Virus record (IMG/VR): IMGVR_UViG_3300035703_000009 | Location: 1 to 64,000 of that record | DNA: 64,000 nucleotides | Reading direction: 5' to 3' (one strand) | Part shown: one piece after another, positions 46,205 to 54,883 of the stretch | Layout of the letters: the number at the start of each line of letters is the position of its first letter | How positions within the stretch are numbered: the first letter of the stretch is position 1 | Program-made: the position numbers and the translations under genes | Notes under the pieces: model-generated | What the model was told of the DNA's origin: nothing | Database searches by the model: none | What the model saw: only the letters and a program-made list of their open reading frames with translations

Positions 46205-46868
46205 TTTTTACCATTTTTTGATTATTTATCGTTTTTTTAGTTAAGTGCTTAGTATTTTTGATAAAACGATCTATTATGAAATCGTAATTTACTTCTTTTT
46301 TTTCTATGTCGCTATGTCCTGGAATCTGAATAGCAGCTAACGGATAGCTACCGAAACACTCAAACTTACTTTGAACATTTTTTGCGAGCCATACATCAAT
46401 TATTTCGATGTTATTATTTTCAAAAGCATGCAATATAAAGTCAAATATTGTAGAATTATACGCTATTGCGTGTGCAGCATAACAGTTAGTTATTTTTAAG
46501 AGGTTTGGGCTCACTTGACTAAGTGAGGAATGACTATTATATCCAAGGTAATAGAGAGCCCAATGAGTCCTCTGTAGCTGATCTATCGCAGGAGGAATAA
46601 AGTTAATATTCATTAGTTCAAAGTCATCTTCGAAGACCAAAACATTTTTTAAGCCTAATGCTTTTGCTCTTTTGATTGTTTCTATGTGAGAAAGTAGACA
46701 GCCTTGACGACCGTTGCCGTCTGGAGGAACTATGCCTGAGAGTCTCTCAACGCGATCAGCTATTCCTAGCTGGTTAAAAATAGTCAACGCTCTAGCTAAG
46801 CGATCTGGTCTAGAATCTAAATTAATTAAGTAAATCTTTTGAAAATAATTAAATGCTTCCTTTATCAT
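46173..46868 (-). CDS. GT25 glycosyltransferase
   Basis: INLDSRPDR, GCLLSH and VFEDD. Confidence 0.85.
   Translation of the reverse strand: MIKEAFNYFQKIYLINLDSRPDRLARALTIFNQLGIADRVERLSGIVPPDGNGRQGCLLSHIETIKRAKALGLKNVLVFEDDFELMNINFIPPAIDQLQRTHWALYYLGYNSHSSLSQVSPNLLKITNCYAAHAIAYNSTIFDFILHAFENNNIEIIDVWLAKNVQSKFECFGSYPLAAIQIPGHSDIEKKEVNYDFIIDRFIKNTKHLTKKTINNQKMVKNEQNFDNRSR
46223..46229 (-). promoter_or_regulatory. late promoter ATAAATA inside the glycan island
   Basis: GATAAATAAT on the minus strand, 19 nt before the ugd ATG, matching the spacing at structural genes. Confidence 0.6.
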
Positions 46869-47482
46869 GCGTCAATTTTACCCAGATGACAAACAACGTA
46901 ATCTGGAGTATCTATTTTATAGTGTTTTTCCTTTAAGATATGACTAATACTGGTCCAATCATGGCCATATCCGTCCGCCCATTGAAATGAGCAAGCACGA
47001 CGGTGGCAAATTGAACTTGTACCGATCCTATTTGCCTTGGGCTCGACCGTCCTTTTCCATTTTTTTTCTCCATTAAAGATATAATCGTCATAGTAACACC
47101 AAACATACTCTGAATCTTTAAAGCCACTAAGTATCTCAAGGTGTGTACTTCCAAAATAATCATCACTGTCTAAATAGCACACAATCTCGCCTGTGGATTG
47201 AGTTAAACCGGCTTGCCTAACTGTTCCGCTAAATAAGGGTTGTTTTGGAAGTTCAATCAAACGCACAGCTGAAAAATTAGAGTATTTTTCTCGAGTTATT
47301 TTTGAAGTTTTTTCGCAGCCGTCACTCACAATTATGAGCTCAGCACTCTTAAAAGTCTGGTCCAAAAAAGAATTTACTGCGCGTCTAAATTTGAACTCAC
47401 GATTTGAGGCAGCTTCAAACCCTCCACTAGTGTAGTGATCTAAATATGAAGCCATGATTACAGTTATCCTTGGAGAATTCAT
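46865..47482 (-). CDS. GT2 glycosyltransferase
   Basis: ITVIMASY, ELIIVSDG and YLDSDD. Confidence 0.85.
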   Translation of the reverse strand: MNSPRITVIMASYLDHYTSGGFEAASNREFKFRRAVNSFLDQTFKSAELIIVSDGCEKTSKITREKYSNFSAVRLIELPKQPLFSGTVRQAGLTQSTGEIVCYLDSDDYFGSTHLEILSGFKDSEYVWCYYDDYIFNGEKKWKRTVEPKANRIGTSSICHRRACSFQWADGYGHDWTSISHILKEKHYKIDTPDYVVCHLGKIDA

Positions 47483-48195
47483 GACAGTTCGTTGATTTTT
47501 AAAAAAGTTGGCTTAAAAGCACATAGATCAAAACATACATCCAGCTTTCCATGAGAAAAACCCATCTTTTTATACTCAGAAACATCACGATTTGAGATCC
47601 CAGGAATCCTAGGAGTTATTCCTTGAAAATGTATTATTGGAGAACTAGTAATGATTGCAAAATTCCATCCTTTTCTATAGAGCATATCATATAGGTAATC
47701 ATCTCCGCAAAAAAAGTGCAGATTTCTTGGAATTTGAGAGTATGCGGACCTACGCATGGTAAAGTCCCAACCTTGACGGTACTTACCATGAAAAATTCGA
47801 TATTCAAGTTGTGTACAAGACTGATAATTTGGGTGATTTGTTGAGTGAGCAACGCAGCCTACTCGCGGTTCTCTTTCAAAGACGTCAAGAGTGTCCTTAA
47901 TGAAATTTTTTGGAATTATTAGGTCGTTATTTAAAAAACAGCACAACTCATAATTATTTTTAAGAGCAAAATCGTTCCACACGTGGTTTAGTGGACGATT
48001 TTGTCCTGTATATTCTATCTTCTTTAAAAAGGAAAAAGAAAGTTGATCTAGGGACTCTCTAGTGCCGGGCTCAGTAGACCCATTATCGACGACTGTCAAC
48101 TCGAAATCCAGGCAACTCTGAACCGACAGTTGCGTAATTAGATCAATTGTATACTTTATATGATTTCTGTTAATTATTATTACGCCTAATTTCAT
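47479..48195 (-). CDS. GT2 glycosyltransferase
   Basis: VVDNGS, FLNND and GDD. Confidence 0.85.
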   Translation of the reverse strand: MKLGVIIINRNHIKYTIDLITQLSVQSCLDFELTVVDNGSTEPGTRESLDQLSFSFLKKIEYTGQNRPLNHVWNDFALKNNYELCCFLNNDLIIPKNFIKDTLDVFEREPRVGCVAHSTNHPNYQSCTQLEYRIFHGKYRQGWDFTMRRSAYSQIPRNLHFFCGDDYLYDMLYRKGWNFAIITSSPIIHFQGITPRIPGISNRDVSEYKKMGFSHGKLDVCFDLCAFKPTFLKINELS

Positions 48196-49052
48196 AAAGA
48201 ATCGTATATTTTAGTAAATTCGTTTACTATTGTTTGAGGATGCCAGTGTTGTTCCATCCAACTCCTACTTTCCTTTCCTTTTTCAAGAATAAAATCAAGA
48301 CCGGCATCGACTATTTTGTTTAGTTCCGTCTCAAGGGAATTGATCCAAACGTTGAAAAAAGGAGAAACTTGAGCACCAGAGGAAGAGAGTAGTATTTTTT
48401 CAACGTCTGGAGAAAGAGAGCATATTGTGAGTTTGCCAAGTGCAAGTCCTTCTAAACCTGATCTATGATAGCTTGAAGTAACGCACTCATCTATAATTAT
48501 GTTGCATTTTGATTTGCGAGCAATACAAGCATCAAGAGAGACTCCAGTTATCACATCAATTTCTACAGAGGTGCCATACTCTCTTTTAATCTTGTTAAGT
48601 ACTGCAAGAGTCTGATCATATCCCTTATCGTGCCACTTACCGAGTTTTTTTGTTCGGCTTGGAGAAAAACCTATTTTAATTGCATGTGAAACCTGCTGAG
48701 AAGAATATTGCGGAGTTGTGAAGTCAATCACATTTCTAACTATTGAGCAGCCTGAATACTCTGGCAGAGTTGCATGATATTGAGAAATTACTAACTTGCG
48801 GTCAACTCGGCTTTTTAGGTCTACTTGAAAAGGTTCGCTATGGTATTGCAAAACAGTTTTGATCCCATGCCGATTGCCAGGTAAGAGATTATGAGCATGT
48901 AGAATACTACCTGCTGGGAAGGCACGCATAGCCGGTGCACCTAATCCTGCCATCTCGCATCGATAGCCTTGACCGAATTTATTGATGGCTTTAGCTAATT
49001 CTAAAGGAGCTTGAGCAATAGGTGTTTGTCTATAGTGATAAACTATTTTCAT
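48192..49052 (-). CDS. GT-B (GT4-like) glycosyltransferase
   Basis: KG...NIIIDE...SGLEGLALGK C-terminal GT-B motif. Confidence 0.65.
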   Translation of the reverse strand: MKIVYHYRQTPIAQAPLELAKAINKFGQGYRCEMAGLGAPAMRAFPAGSILHAHNLLPGNRHGIKTVLQYHSEPFQVDLKSRVDRKLVISQYHATLPEYSGCSIVRNVIDFTTPQYSSQQVSHAIKIGFSPSRTKKLGKWHDKGYDQTLAVLNKIKREYGTSVEIDVITGVSLDACIARKSKCNIIIDECVTSSYHRSGLEGLALGKLTICSLSPDVEKILLSSSGAQVSPFFNVWINSLETELNKIVDAGLDFILEKGKESRSWMEQHWHPQTIVNEFTKIYDSL

Positions 49053-49055
49053 TAT

Positions 49056-50513
49056 TTACTTTTTTTTTAATATTCCTGGTTCGCCTTTTTCAAATTTACA
49101 AGTAAGATACTTTAACTCTAACAAGTAATTATGCACACTAGAAATATTCTTATCTGAATTTGATCTAAATATTGAATTTAATCCGTTTGTGTAGCCGTTA
49201 AAACCAAACAGGGACAGTGAATAGTGCGGAATCTTTAACTCCTCTAATAACAAAATCATGCTAAGTCCACTAGTTGGAAGAAGATAGCTTTTTTTTAAAG
49301 CGGCAGATATAGAAATTAGAGCAGGGTAGTGGTAGTTTAGTATTTTCTTGCTAGGATAACTAGCACAAATGTCACTGACTGCTTTGTGCCAAAGATCAAT
49401 AGGTTTTGAGAAAACTATCAAATAATCTGAGGGTTGGTCTAAATTAAATCTAGCCTGCCGAAATATGCAGTGAACGCTTGTTTTAGTGCCGGTGTGAGTA
49501 GGTTCGATTGGATAACCGTTGAATCTAATAACTACATCATGTGAATCAATTAGTTCTCCATGTTGGTGTTCTAAAAGTTCTGAAGAATTTGCGATTATTG
49601 CTATTTTTTTGCCAGTTAAATACTCTTTGAATGAACTTAATGAAGTTAACTTAGATTTAAGTAAAAATCTGTTTTCAGAAGATCTATTCAGTGTAATTGG
49701 TATTGAACTATTTTGCTGTTTTACATGAGGAATCGGCCTAGGTTGTTCTTCGGCATTTATAGTTTGTCTATCAGAATTAAAAGAACTCGGCTGGACTAAA
49801 AATTGGCTACTTTCTTTGTTTTTAAAAAGCCACACTTGATTGATTTTAGAATATTGAGCTGAGTTGTTTAGAGTTGTGAAAAGAATTACATCTTTAGACT
49901 CTAAGGAAGCTCGCATAGTTATAAATTTAGAGTCTAAGTATTCATTTGAAAAAGAAATGTTAGCTTCAGAATAAAAACTAGGATTTAGACAAGAATTCAA
50001 GTGATTATTTAGTTGTAAATCTAACGAATTGGAAGTTAACATTCTATTTGAGAGTTCATGGTAAACTTCTTCAGATAATGATATTTTTTCACTTAGGTGA
50101 AAAAAGAGAACTGAATTGAGCGCTTTGCCTAACTTATTTTCAGATATGAAATTACAGCTTTTTTGAAAAATTGAATAGTTAGAAAAGTATAGTAAACTTT
50201 CGTTTTCTGTAGATTCATTAAATACTGTCCATTTTAGAGCAGAGTTCACCAGTTCAAAATATTGCACTCGTCCCTTATATTTGTCTATTACACTAAAAAT
50301 AGGATGCGACGTTTGTAATTTTATTGCGAGCTTTGGATAAATTTTAAGAAGAATGTCATAATTCCTAGTGGATAATTGATCCATAGGATGATCGAGTAGG
50401 TTAATTGTACCAGTAAACCATGGATTGTTTTTTATAAAAGAAAAAATACTGGTTCTAAGTAGGTGAAAATTTTTGTTAGTGGCCTCAGTATACGCATTAA
50501 CTATCTTATCCAT
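49056..50513 (-). CDS. two-domain protein with C-terminal GT29 sialyltransferase-like domain
   Basis: IAIIANS..LL...GELIDSHDVVIRFN...GTKT (sialylmotif L), PTSG...LFGF (S) and VH (VS-like). Confidence 0.75.
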   Translation of the reverse strand: MDKIVNAYTEATNKNFHLLRTSIFSFIKNNPWFTGTINLLDHPMDQLSTRNYDILLKIYPKLAIKLQTSHPIFSVIDKYKGRVQYFELVNSALKWTVFNESTENESLLYFSNYSIFQKSCNFISENKLGKALNSVLFFHLSEKISLSEEVYHELSNRMLTSNSLDLQLNNHLNSCLNPSFYSEANISFSNEYLDSKFITMRASLESKDVILFTTLNNSAQYSKINQVWLFKNKESSQFLVQPSSFNSDRQTINAEEQPRPIPHVKQQNSSIPITLNRSSENRFLLKSKLTSLSSFKEYLTGKKIAIIANSSELLEHQHGELIDSHDVVIRFNGYPIEPTHTGTKTSVHCIFRQARFNLDQPSDYLIVFSKPIDLWHKAVSDICASYPSKKILNYHYPALISISAALKKSYLLPTSGLSMILLLEELKIPHYSLSLFGFNGYTNGLNSIFRSNSDKNISSVHNYLLELKYLTCKFEKGEPGILKKK

Positions 50514-51151
50514 TTTACTTGATCTAAGTCTTTTTGAGTGTCGACGTCAACTACATCTTCGATCGGGTAGAACACGGTAGACGGGCCGTACATATTCTTA
50601 TTTAATTTATAGAGAGCAGAAGCTCTAAAGATGCACATGTAGTGACTGATCTCAAAGCACTTTGGATAGTCTTGGCGTCGGTATAGATCGTGTTCAAGTA
50701 AAGGCTTGCCGAAAACGCCGTCTGCTCCATGCTCCTGTAACATGAGATAAGGTGAGACTTTAAGTTCCTTCTTACATAGCATAGAATCAGCAAGACCTAA
50801 GTCAGCAAACTGACAGTAATATTCATAAGCCGCGTAAATCTCTTTCCAGGTCCTCTCTGGATAGGTTAAGTAGAGCATTATTACTTCAGCAGACATGGGA
50901 AGCCCGACGTTTTTTACGGCGTGTTGCATCACGTCCCGAATGTTAGCAGAGTCGTCTGATAGTTCAGAAGGACGATCGATTGCACAACACCCATGCTTAA
51001 TGGCTAACTGAAATATCTCAGGGTCGTCGGTCGTCACAAAAACACGTCTACGAAGAGACTCTGGAATCGAGTCTATTGTCGCTTTAAAAAGCTTACGGTT
51101 CTTAAAGGGTAGGCCCTTGGAACCCAGTCTGGCTGGAATGATGATGTTCAT
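50501..51151 (-). CDS. neuA: CMP-nonulosonate (acylneuraminate) cytidylyltransferase
   Basis: IIPARLGSKGLPFKN, VTTDD, RP.ELS.D, RRQD and DVDT..D. Confidence 0.92.
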   Translation of the reverse strand: MNIIIPARLGSKGLPFKNRKLFKATIDSIPESLRRRVFVTTDDPEIFQLAIKHGCCAIDRPSELSDDSANIRDVMQHAVKNVGLPMSAEVIMLYLTYPERTWKEIYAAYEYYCQFADLGLADSMLCKKELKVSPYLMLQEHGADGVFGKPLLEHDLYRRQDYPKCFEISHYMCIFRASALYKLNKNMYGPSTVFYPIEDVVDVDTQKDLDQVKWIR

Positions 51152-51765
51152 AGTTGATCGAACTCTTTGAGAGTTATTTTTGGAATCTGTAGGTTACTAG
51201 ACTCGCTCAAGTTGTAAAAAGATACTCCGCGCCTTTCAAGCTCAGCTCTAAGCTTTTGATAAGCAAGATTGACCTTAGTCAGGTGCTTAGTCTTAACGAC
51301 ACTGTGCGCTCCATCCTTGGGATTATAAAAGTGCCCGTCTGTAAAGTCGACACCAATAACGCCGATGTGTTTTGCTCCCAATCGATACGCTAGGCAGACC
51401 GCACAATACGGCGAATTCAAATAGTGATCGAGATGGTTCTTTTTATCTAGACAAGTCAGCTCTCGAGTACCTAACTCAAAATAGATTAGGCTAGTGTGTC
51501 GCCAGCCCCTGGCGCAAGTAAAGAGGTGTTTTGACTTTGACTGTACTACTAGGTCCTTGCGTTTACCGACAAACCGTAATGGGCTGTCTGTGACTAGTAA
51601 ATAGGTCGGAGTAAAAAGGGCCGGCACGTCGTTGACTCCGATCGTGGTGTATCGTTCCGCATGTTCAGCAAAGCCCAGCAGAGAAGTGCCACAGCCACAG
51701 ACTATGATCTTTTCACCTGAATGCGGACGGTCAATGTCCTTAAGAGATTTGATTAAGCTAGACAC
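51148..51765 (-). CDS. sialyltransferase-like (Maf/DUF115/GT42-type) protein
   Basis: VCGCGTSL, TIGVND and AYRLGAKHIGVIGVDF...HFY. Confidence 0.65.
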   Translation of the reverse strand: MSSLIKSLKDIDRPHSGEKIIVCGCGTSLLGFAEHAERYTTIGVNDVPALFTPTYLLVTDSPLRFVGKRKDLVVQSKSKHLFTCARGWRHTSLIYFELGTRELTCLDKKNHLDHYLNSPYCAVCLAYRLGAKHIGVIGVDFTDGHFYNPKDGAHSVVKTKHLTKVNLAYQKLRAELERRGVSFYNLSESSNLQIPKITLKEFDQL

Positions 51766-51799
51766 TTAGATAAATTATTTTAAAACCTAGTCTTCAATT

Positions 51800-51828
51800 T
51801 TTATACAAGATCAGGAACATAAGTTTTA
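51800..51828 (-). promoter_or_regulatory. TAAAAC-N17-TATAAA promoter for the glycan island
   Basis: Recurrent motif; overlaps a divergent TAAAAC-N17-TACAAG site facing dnaJ. Confidence 0.6.
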
Positions 51829-51830
51829 AA

Positions 51831-52826
51831 ATGGATCATTATTCAACCCTTGGTGTCTCTAAGAACGCAACAGACGATGAGATTAAAAAAGCCTATCGTC
51901 AAATGACGTTAAAGTACCATCCCGACAGAAATCAGGACGATCCAGGAGCGGCTGACCAGTTTAAGAAGATAGCGGCTGCTTATGAAGTGTTAAGCGATTT
52001 AAAAAAGAAGGCAGAATACGATGGAGCTGCACAAAAGGCCTCACATGACTGGAACTATAACTTTAACGACGATTTTACCACCTTTTCAAATAACTTTAGG
52101 AACTCAGAGTTTAGAAGAAAGTCAAACGAACGTGCTAGAGCCTCACAGGGCAAGACCCACATGGGTCCAGTCGATACTTCATACTTGGACATCAATTTAA
52201 ACTGTGAAATCGATTTTAAAGAGACTGTCTTGGGTAAAAAGGTCGACATCACGTTTACTCGCAAAAAAATCGTCTATACTGGAGCGGCTGGCAACTTACT
52301 TAAGTACGTCAAAGAGGACGAAGAGAAGGAGATCAAGGTAAACTTTGACTTGCGTAAAACCTATTTACAGATCAAAAAGGAGGGACAAAACTATGTGGCT
52401 AAGGTCCGAGTGAGTAAGTTCGGTAACGAGGACGTCTCAGTAAGACCCAACATCTGGGGAGACATGGAGCAGTATCCTCTTACTGGAGAGTTATACATCA
52501 CAGTAACTATCATTATGCCTCCAGGAGTCGAACTTGAAAACAATAACATCATACACAGGGTTGAGATCCCACTATATAAGGCAATCATACCTGGAGAAAA
52601 AGTAGAGATTGAGACCGTCCTAGATAAAAAATATGAGGCTGAGATCAAGAGCCCAACTCACCTAAACGATCTTAAGCTAGTGATTAAGGAACAGGGCATA
52701 GCCGACTCATTTGGCACGATCGGTGATTATATCGTTAGATTCTCCATACTGGCTCCAAGAGTTGCTGATTTTAGTAAATCCAAAGTAGAGAGTTTGCGTA
52801 CAATATTGGTTGACTCCGGCGCATAA
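51831..52826 (+). CDS. dnaJ: DnaJ-family co-chaperone (class B, no zinc finger)
   Basis: J domain with YHPD and AYEVLSD; C-terminal substrate-binding domain. Confidence 0.88.
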   Translation: MDHYSTLGVSKNATDDEIKKAYRQMTLKYHPDRNQDDPGAADQFKKIAAAYEVLSDLKKKAEYDGAAQKASHDWNYNFNDDFTTFSNNFRNSEFRRKSNERARASQGKTHMGPVDTSYLDINLNCEIDFKETVLGKKVDITFTRKKIVYTGAAGNLLKYVKEDEEKEIKVNFDLRKTYLQIKKEGQNYVAKVRVSKFGNEDVSVRPNIWGDMEQYPLTGELYITVTIIMPPGVELENNNIIHRVEIPLYKAIIPGEKVEIETVLDKKYEAEIKSPTHLNDLKLVIKEQGIADSFGTIGDYIVRFSILAPRVADFSKSKVESLRTILVDSGA

Positions 52827-52851
52827 CTTAAAAAATCTCCCAAAAGCCTTA

Positions 52852-52858
52852 ATAAATA
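52852..52858 (+). promoter_or_regulatory. late promoter in the loop of a 10-bp hairpin
   Basis: AAAGCCTTAA (52843-52852) / TTAAGGCTTT (52869-52878); 19 nt before the TTG start. Confidence 0.75.
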
Positions 52859-52876
52859 ATAAAAAAATTTAAGGCT

Positions 52877-54856
52877 TTGACAAGTACAAATTTAAGCTTC
52901 AATGGAGACAATCAGGACTGGGTCCTTATTGTTGAGAACATCGGCGAGACACTGGCTCAAGTCAAGTCTGGCGAAAACAACTCAGTTCTCGAAGGAGTCT
53001 GTGCAGTATTCGGCAGAATGAACAACAATCGCCGCGTTTACGAAAAAGAAGAATATTTACCCCACCTTTCATACTTAAAGGATAAGATCGCAAAACGACA
53101 ACTTGTCGGAGACTTGGATCATCCACCTCACTTTGATGTTAGCTTAAAGAGCGCATCACACATCATCGAAGAGCTTAAATATGATGGCGGAGACAAGGTT
53201 TACATTAAACTACGTATCCTCGAAAACACTCCAAACGGAAAAATTGCAAAGGCACTATTGGATGGCGGAGTTCAACTTTCGATCTCATCCAGAGCAGCCG
53301 GTCAAGTCTTTGAAGGCGGCAAAGTAAAACTACAAAGAATCTTTACTTACGATCTAGTAGGAGAGCCTGGATTCACAGAAGCGATCCTTAGAAAAACAGT
53401 TAGCGAGTCACTTAAGCATGACTTTCAGATGATAACTGAGAGCTACAACCACCTTAAAGAGGAGTCAGTAGTACAAACTCAAAACTTGACAGACATTTCA
53501 GAAAGTCTCAATTTTTCTGAAAATTTCAAAGTCTACAAGATAAATAAAACTAATGAAGATCTAGGATTAAACTTCCAATCGTCTTCAATTCAACAAAAAA
53601 ATAAAACAACCATGGTTGAATATGTAACTAAAGATCAGATGGATCAGTACTCTGAAGTATTAAAGAACCAGTTCGCCGGTCTTAAGAAAGAAATCAAATC
53701 TCAAAAGGAGCTACTTGAGTCAGCTAACTCATCTAATCCTACTGACATTAAGTTAGTTGGTTTTGTGAATTACTTGGCAGAACAACTCGAAGGAGTTGTA
53801 AACTATGCTAACTACATTTCAGGTAAGCTTAATGAGTCGATCAAGTACTCAGAGCACGTTGCAGAGACCACTAACAATTCTATCGCGTACTCAAGCTATG
53901 TTGGTGAACAGCTAAACAAATCGATCCAACATCAAGATCACATCGCTGAAAAGCTCAACCAAACTATTAACTATTCCGAGTACATCAAGGAAAACTTAAA
54001 TAACTCAATCAAATATCAAAACTATTTAGCTGAAGAGATAGACAAAGGAATCCAGTACACTGAATACGTTGCTGAAGGCTCAAACCGCGGCTTAGAATTC
54101 TCTGACTACTTAGCAGAACAACTCAACCTTAACCGCGATTACGCAGGCTATATTGCTGAAAAGCTTGGTCAGAGCATTGGTTATACTGAGTATATCGTTG
54201 AGTCTCTAAACGAAGGCACAACTGTTGGAAGCAAACGAAACGTTCTAAACGGAGTTGAAAAACTCGATGAGTCAGTTTCAGTTGACGCTCTAATCGCTAA
54301 GGTTGACCAAGTGATAACTGAAGTAAGCGACAAGTCTTCTAAAGCGGTTCTTGAAAGCAGATACCCATTCTTAAAGGTAATGAGTGAAGCTAAAAAGAAA
54401 GCATTCTTCGCTCTTGAAACAGACACTAAACAAGCGATTGTTGAAGCCCTAAACGGAGCTATCTGGTTCAACGAAAACGATGTAGCTGGAATCATGGAAG
54501 CAGTGGTTGATCATAAGACTCAAAACCTACCAGTTCACATAAGATTTATGCCTGCTGACTACAAAGCACTATGGAACGAGATGCATGAGAGCGAAAAGAA
54601 TCGCATCCACGCTAAGTCTCAGATGTATGACATTCGTACTCCATACCAAGCAAAAGCTTTCTGGGATGAAATGGACCTAAGAGGAGTTCAAGAAAGAATC
54701 GCAATCGAAAAGAATAACACAAAAATACAAGCACAGCTCAACGAAAGCCAAAGTACAGAAGGCCTAATACCTGTAAACCAGGTGGTTGAGATGCAGAGAG
54801 GTTACTCTCAAAACTATCTCGAGAAACTCCAACGCCAGGCGGACTATCGTAGATAA
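52877..54856 (+). CDS. gp21: prohead protease (gp21-like) fused to scaffold/core protein (gp22-like)
   Basis: N.NRRVY, GDLDHP, TPNG.IAK, ISSRAAG and YDLVGEPGF, then about 400 aa of helical repeats; directly upstream of the capsid gene. Confidence 0.88.
   Translation: MTSTNLSFNGDNQDWVLIVENIGETLAQVKSGENNSVLEGVCAVFGRMNNNRRVYEKEEYLPHLSYLKDKIAKRQLVGDLDHPPHFDVSLKSASHIIEELKYDGGDKVYIKLRILENTPNGKIAKALLDGGVQLSISSRAAGQVFEGGKVKLQRIFTYDLVGEPGFTEAILRKTVSESLKHDFQMITESYNHLKEESVVQTQNLTDISESLNFSENFKVYKINKTNEDLGLNFQSSSIQQKNKTTMVEYVTKDQMDQYSEVLKNQFAGLKKEIKSQKELLESANSSNPTDIKLVGFVNYLAEQLEGVVNYANYISGKLNESIKYSEHVAETTNNSIAYSSYVGEQLNKSIQHQDHIAEKLNQTINYSEYIKENLNNSIKYQNYLAEEIDKGIQYTEYVAEGSNRGLEFSDYLAEQLNLNRDYAGYIAEKLGQSIGYTEYIVESLNEGTTVGSKRNVLNGVEKLDESVSVDALIAKVDQVITEVSDKSSKAVLESRYPFLKVMSEAKKKAFFALETDTKQAIVEALNGAIWFNENDVAGIMEAVVDHKTQNLPVHIRFMPADYKALWNEMHESEKNRIHAKSQMYDIRTPYQAKAFWDEMDLRGVQERIAIEKNNTKIQAQLNESQSTEGLIPVNQVVEMQRGYSQNYLEKLQRQADYRR
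53612..54856 (+). CDS. putative nested in-frame scaffold protein (414 aa)
   Basis: Internal ATAAATA at 53540-53546 and an A-rich tract before an in-frame ATG (codon 246). Confidence 0.55.
   Translation: MVEYVTKDQMDQYSEVLKNQFAGLKKEIKSQKELLESANSSNPTDIKLVGFVNYLAEQLEGVVNYANYISGKLNESIKYSEHVAETTNNSIAYSSYVGEQLNKSIQHQDHIAEKLNQTINYSEYIKENLNNSIKYQNYLAEEIDKGIQYTEYVAEGSNRGLEFSDYLAEQLNLNRDYAGYIAEKLGQSIGYTEYIVESLNEGTTVGSKRNVLNGVEKLDESVSVDALIAKVDQVITEVSDKSSKAVLESRYPFLKVMSEAKKKAFFALETDTKQAIVEALNGAIWFNENDVAGIMEAVVDHKTQNLPVHIRFMPADYKALWNEMHESEKNRIHAKSQMYDIRTPYQAKAFWDEMDLRGVQERIAIEKNNTKIQAQLNESQSTEGLIPVNQVVEMQRGYSQNYLEKLQRQADYRR
53771..54211 (+). repeat. about 10.5 copies of a 14-aa repeat (Y/H-x-AE-x-LN-x-SI-x-Y-x-E)
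   Basis: YLAEQLEGVVNYAN, YISGKLNESIKYSE, HVAETTNNSIAYSS and following units. Confidence 0.85.
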
Positions 54857-54883
54857 TCAAAAACTAAAAAAATCAACTCAAAA

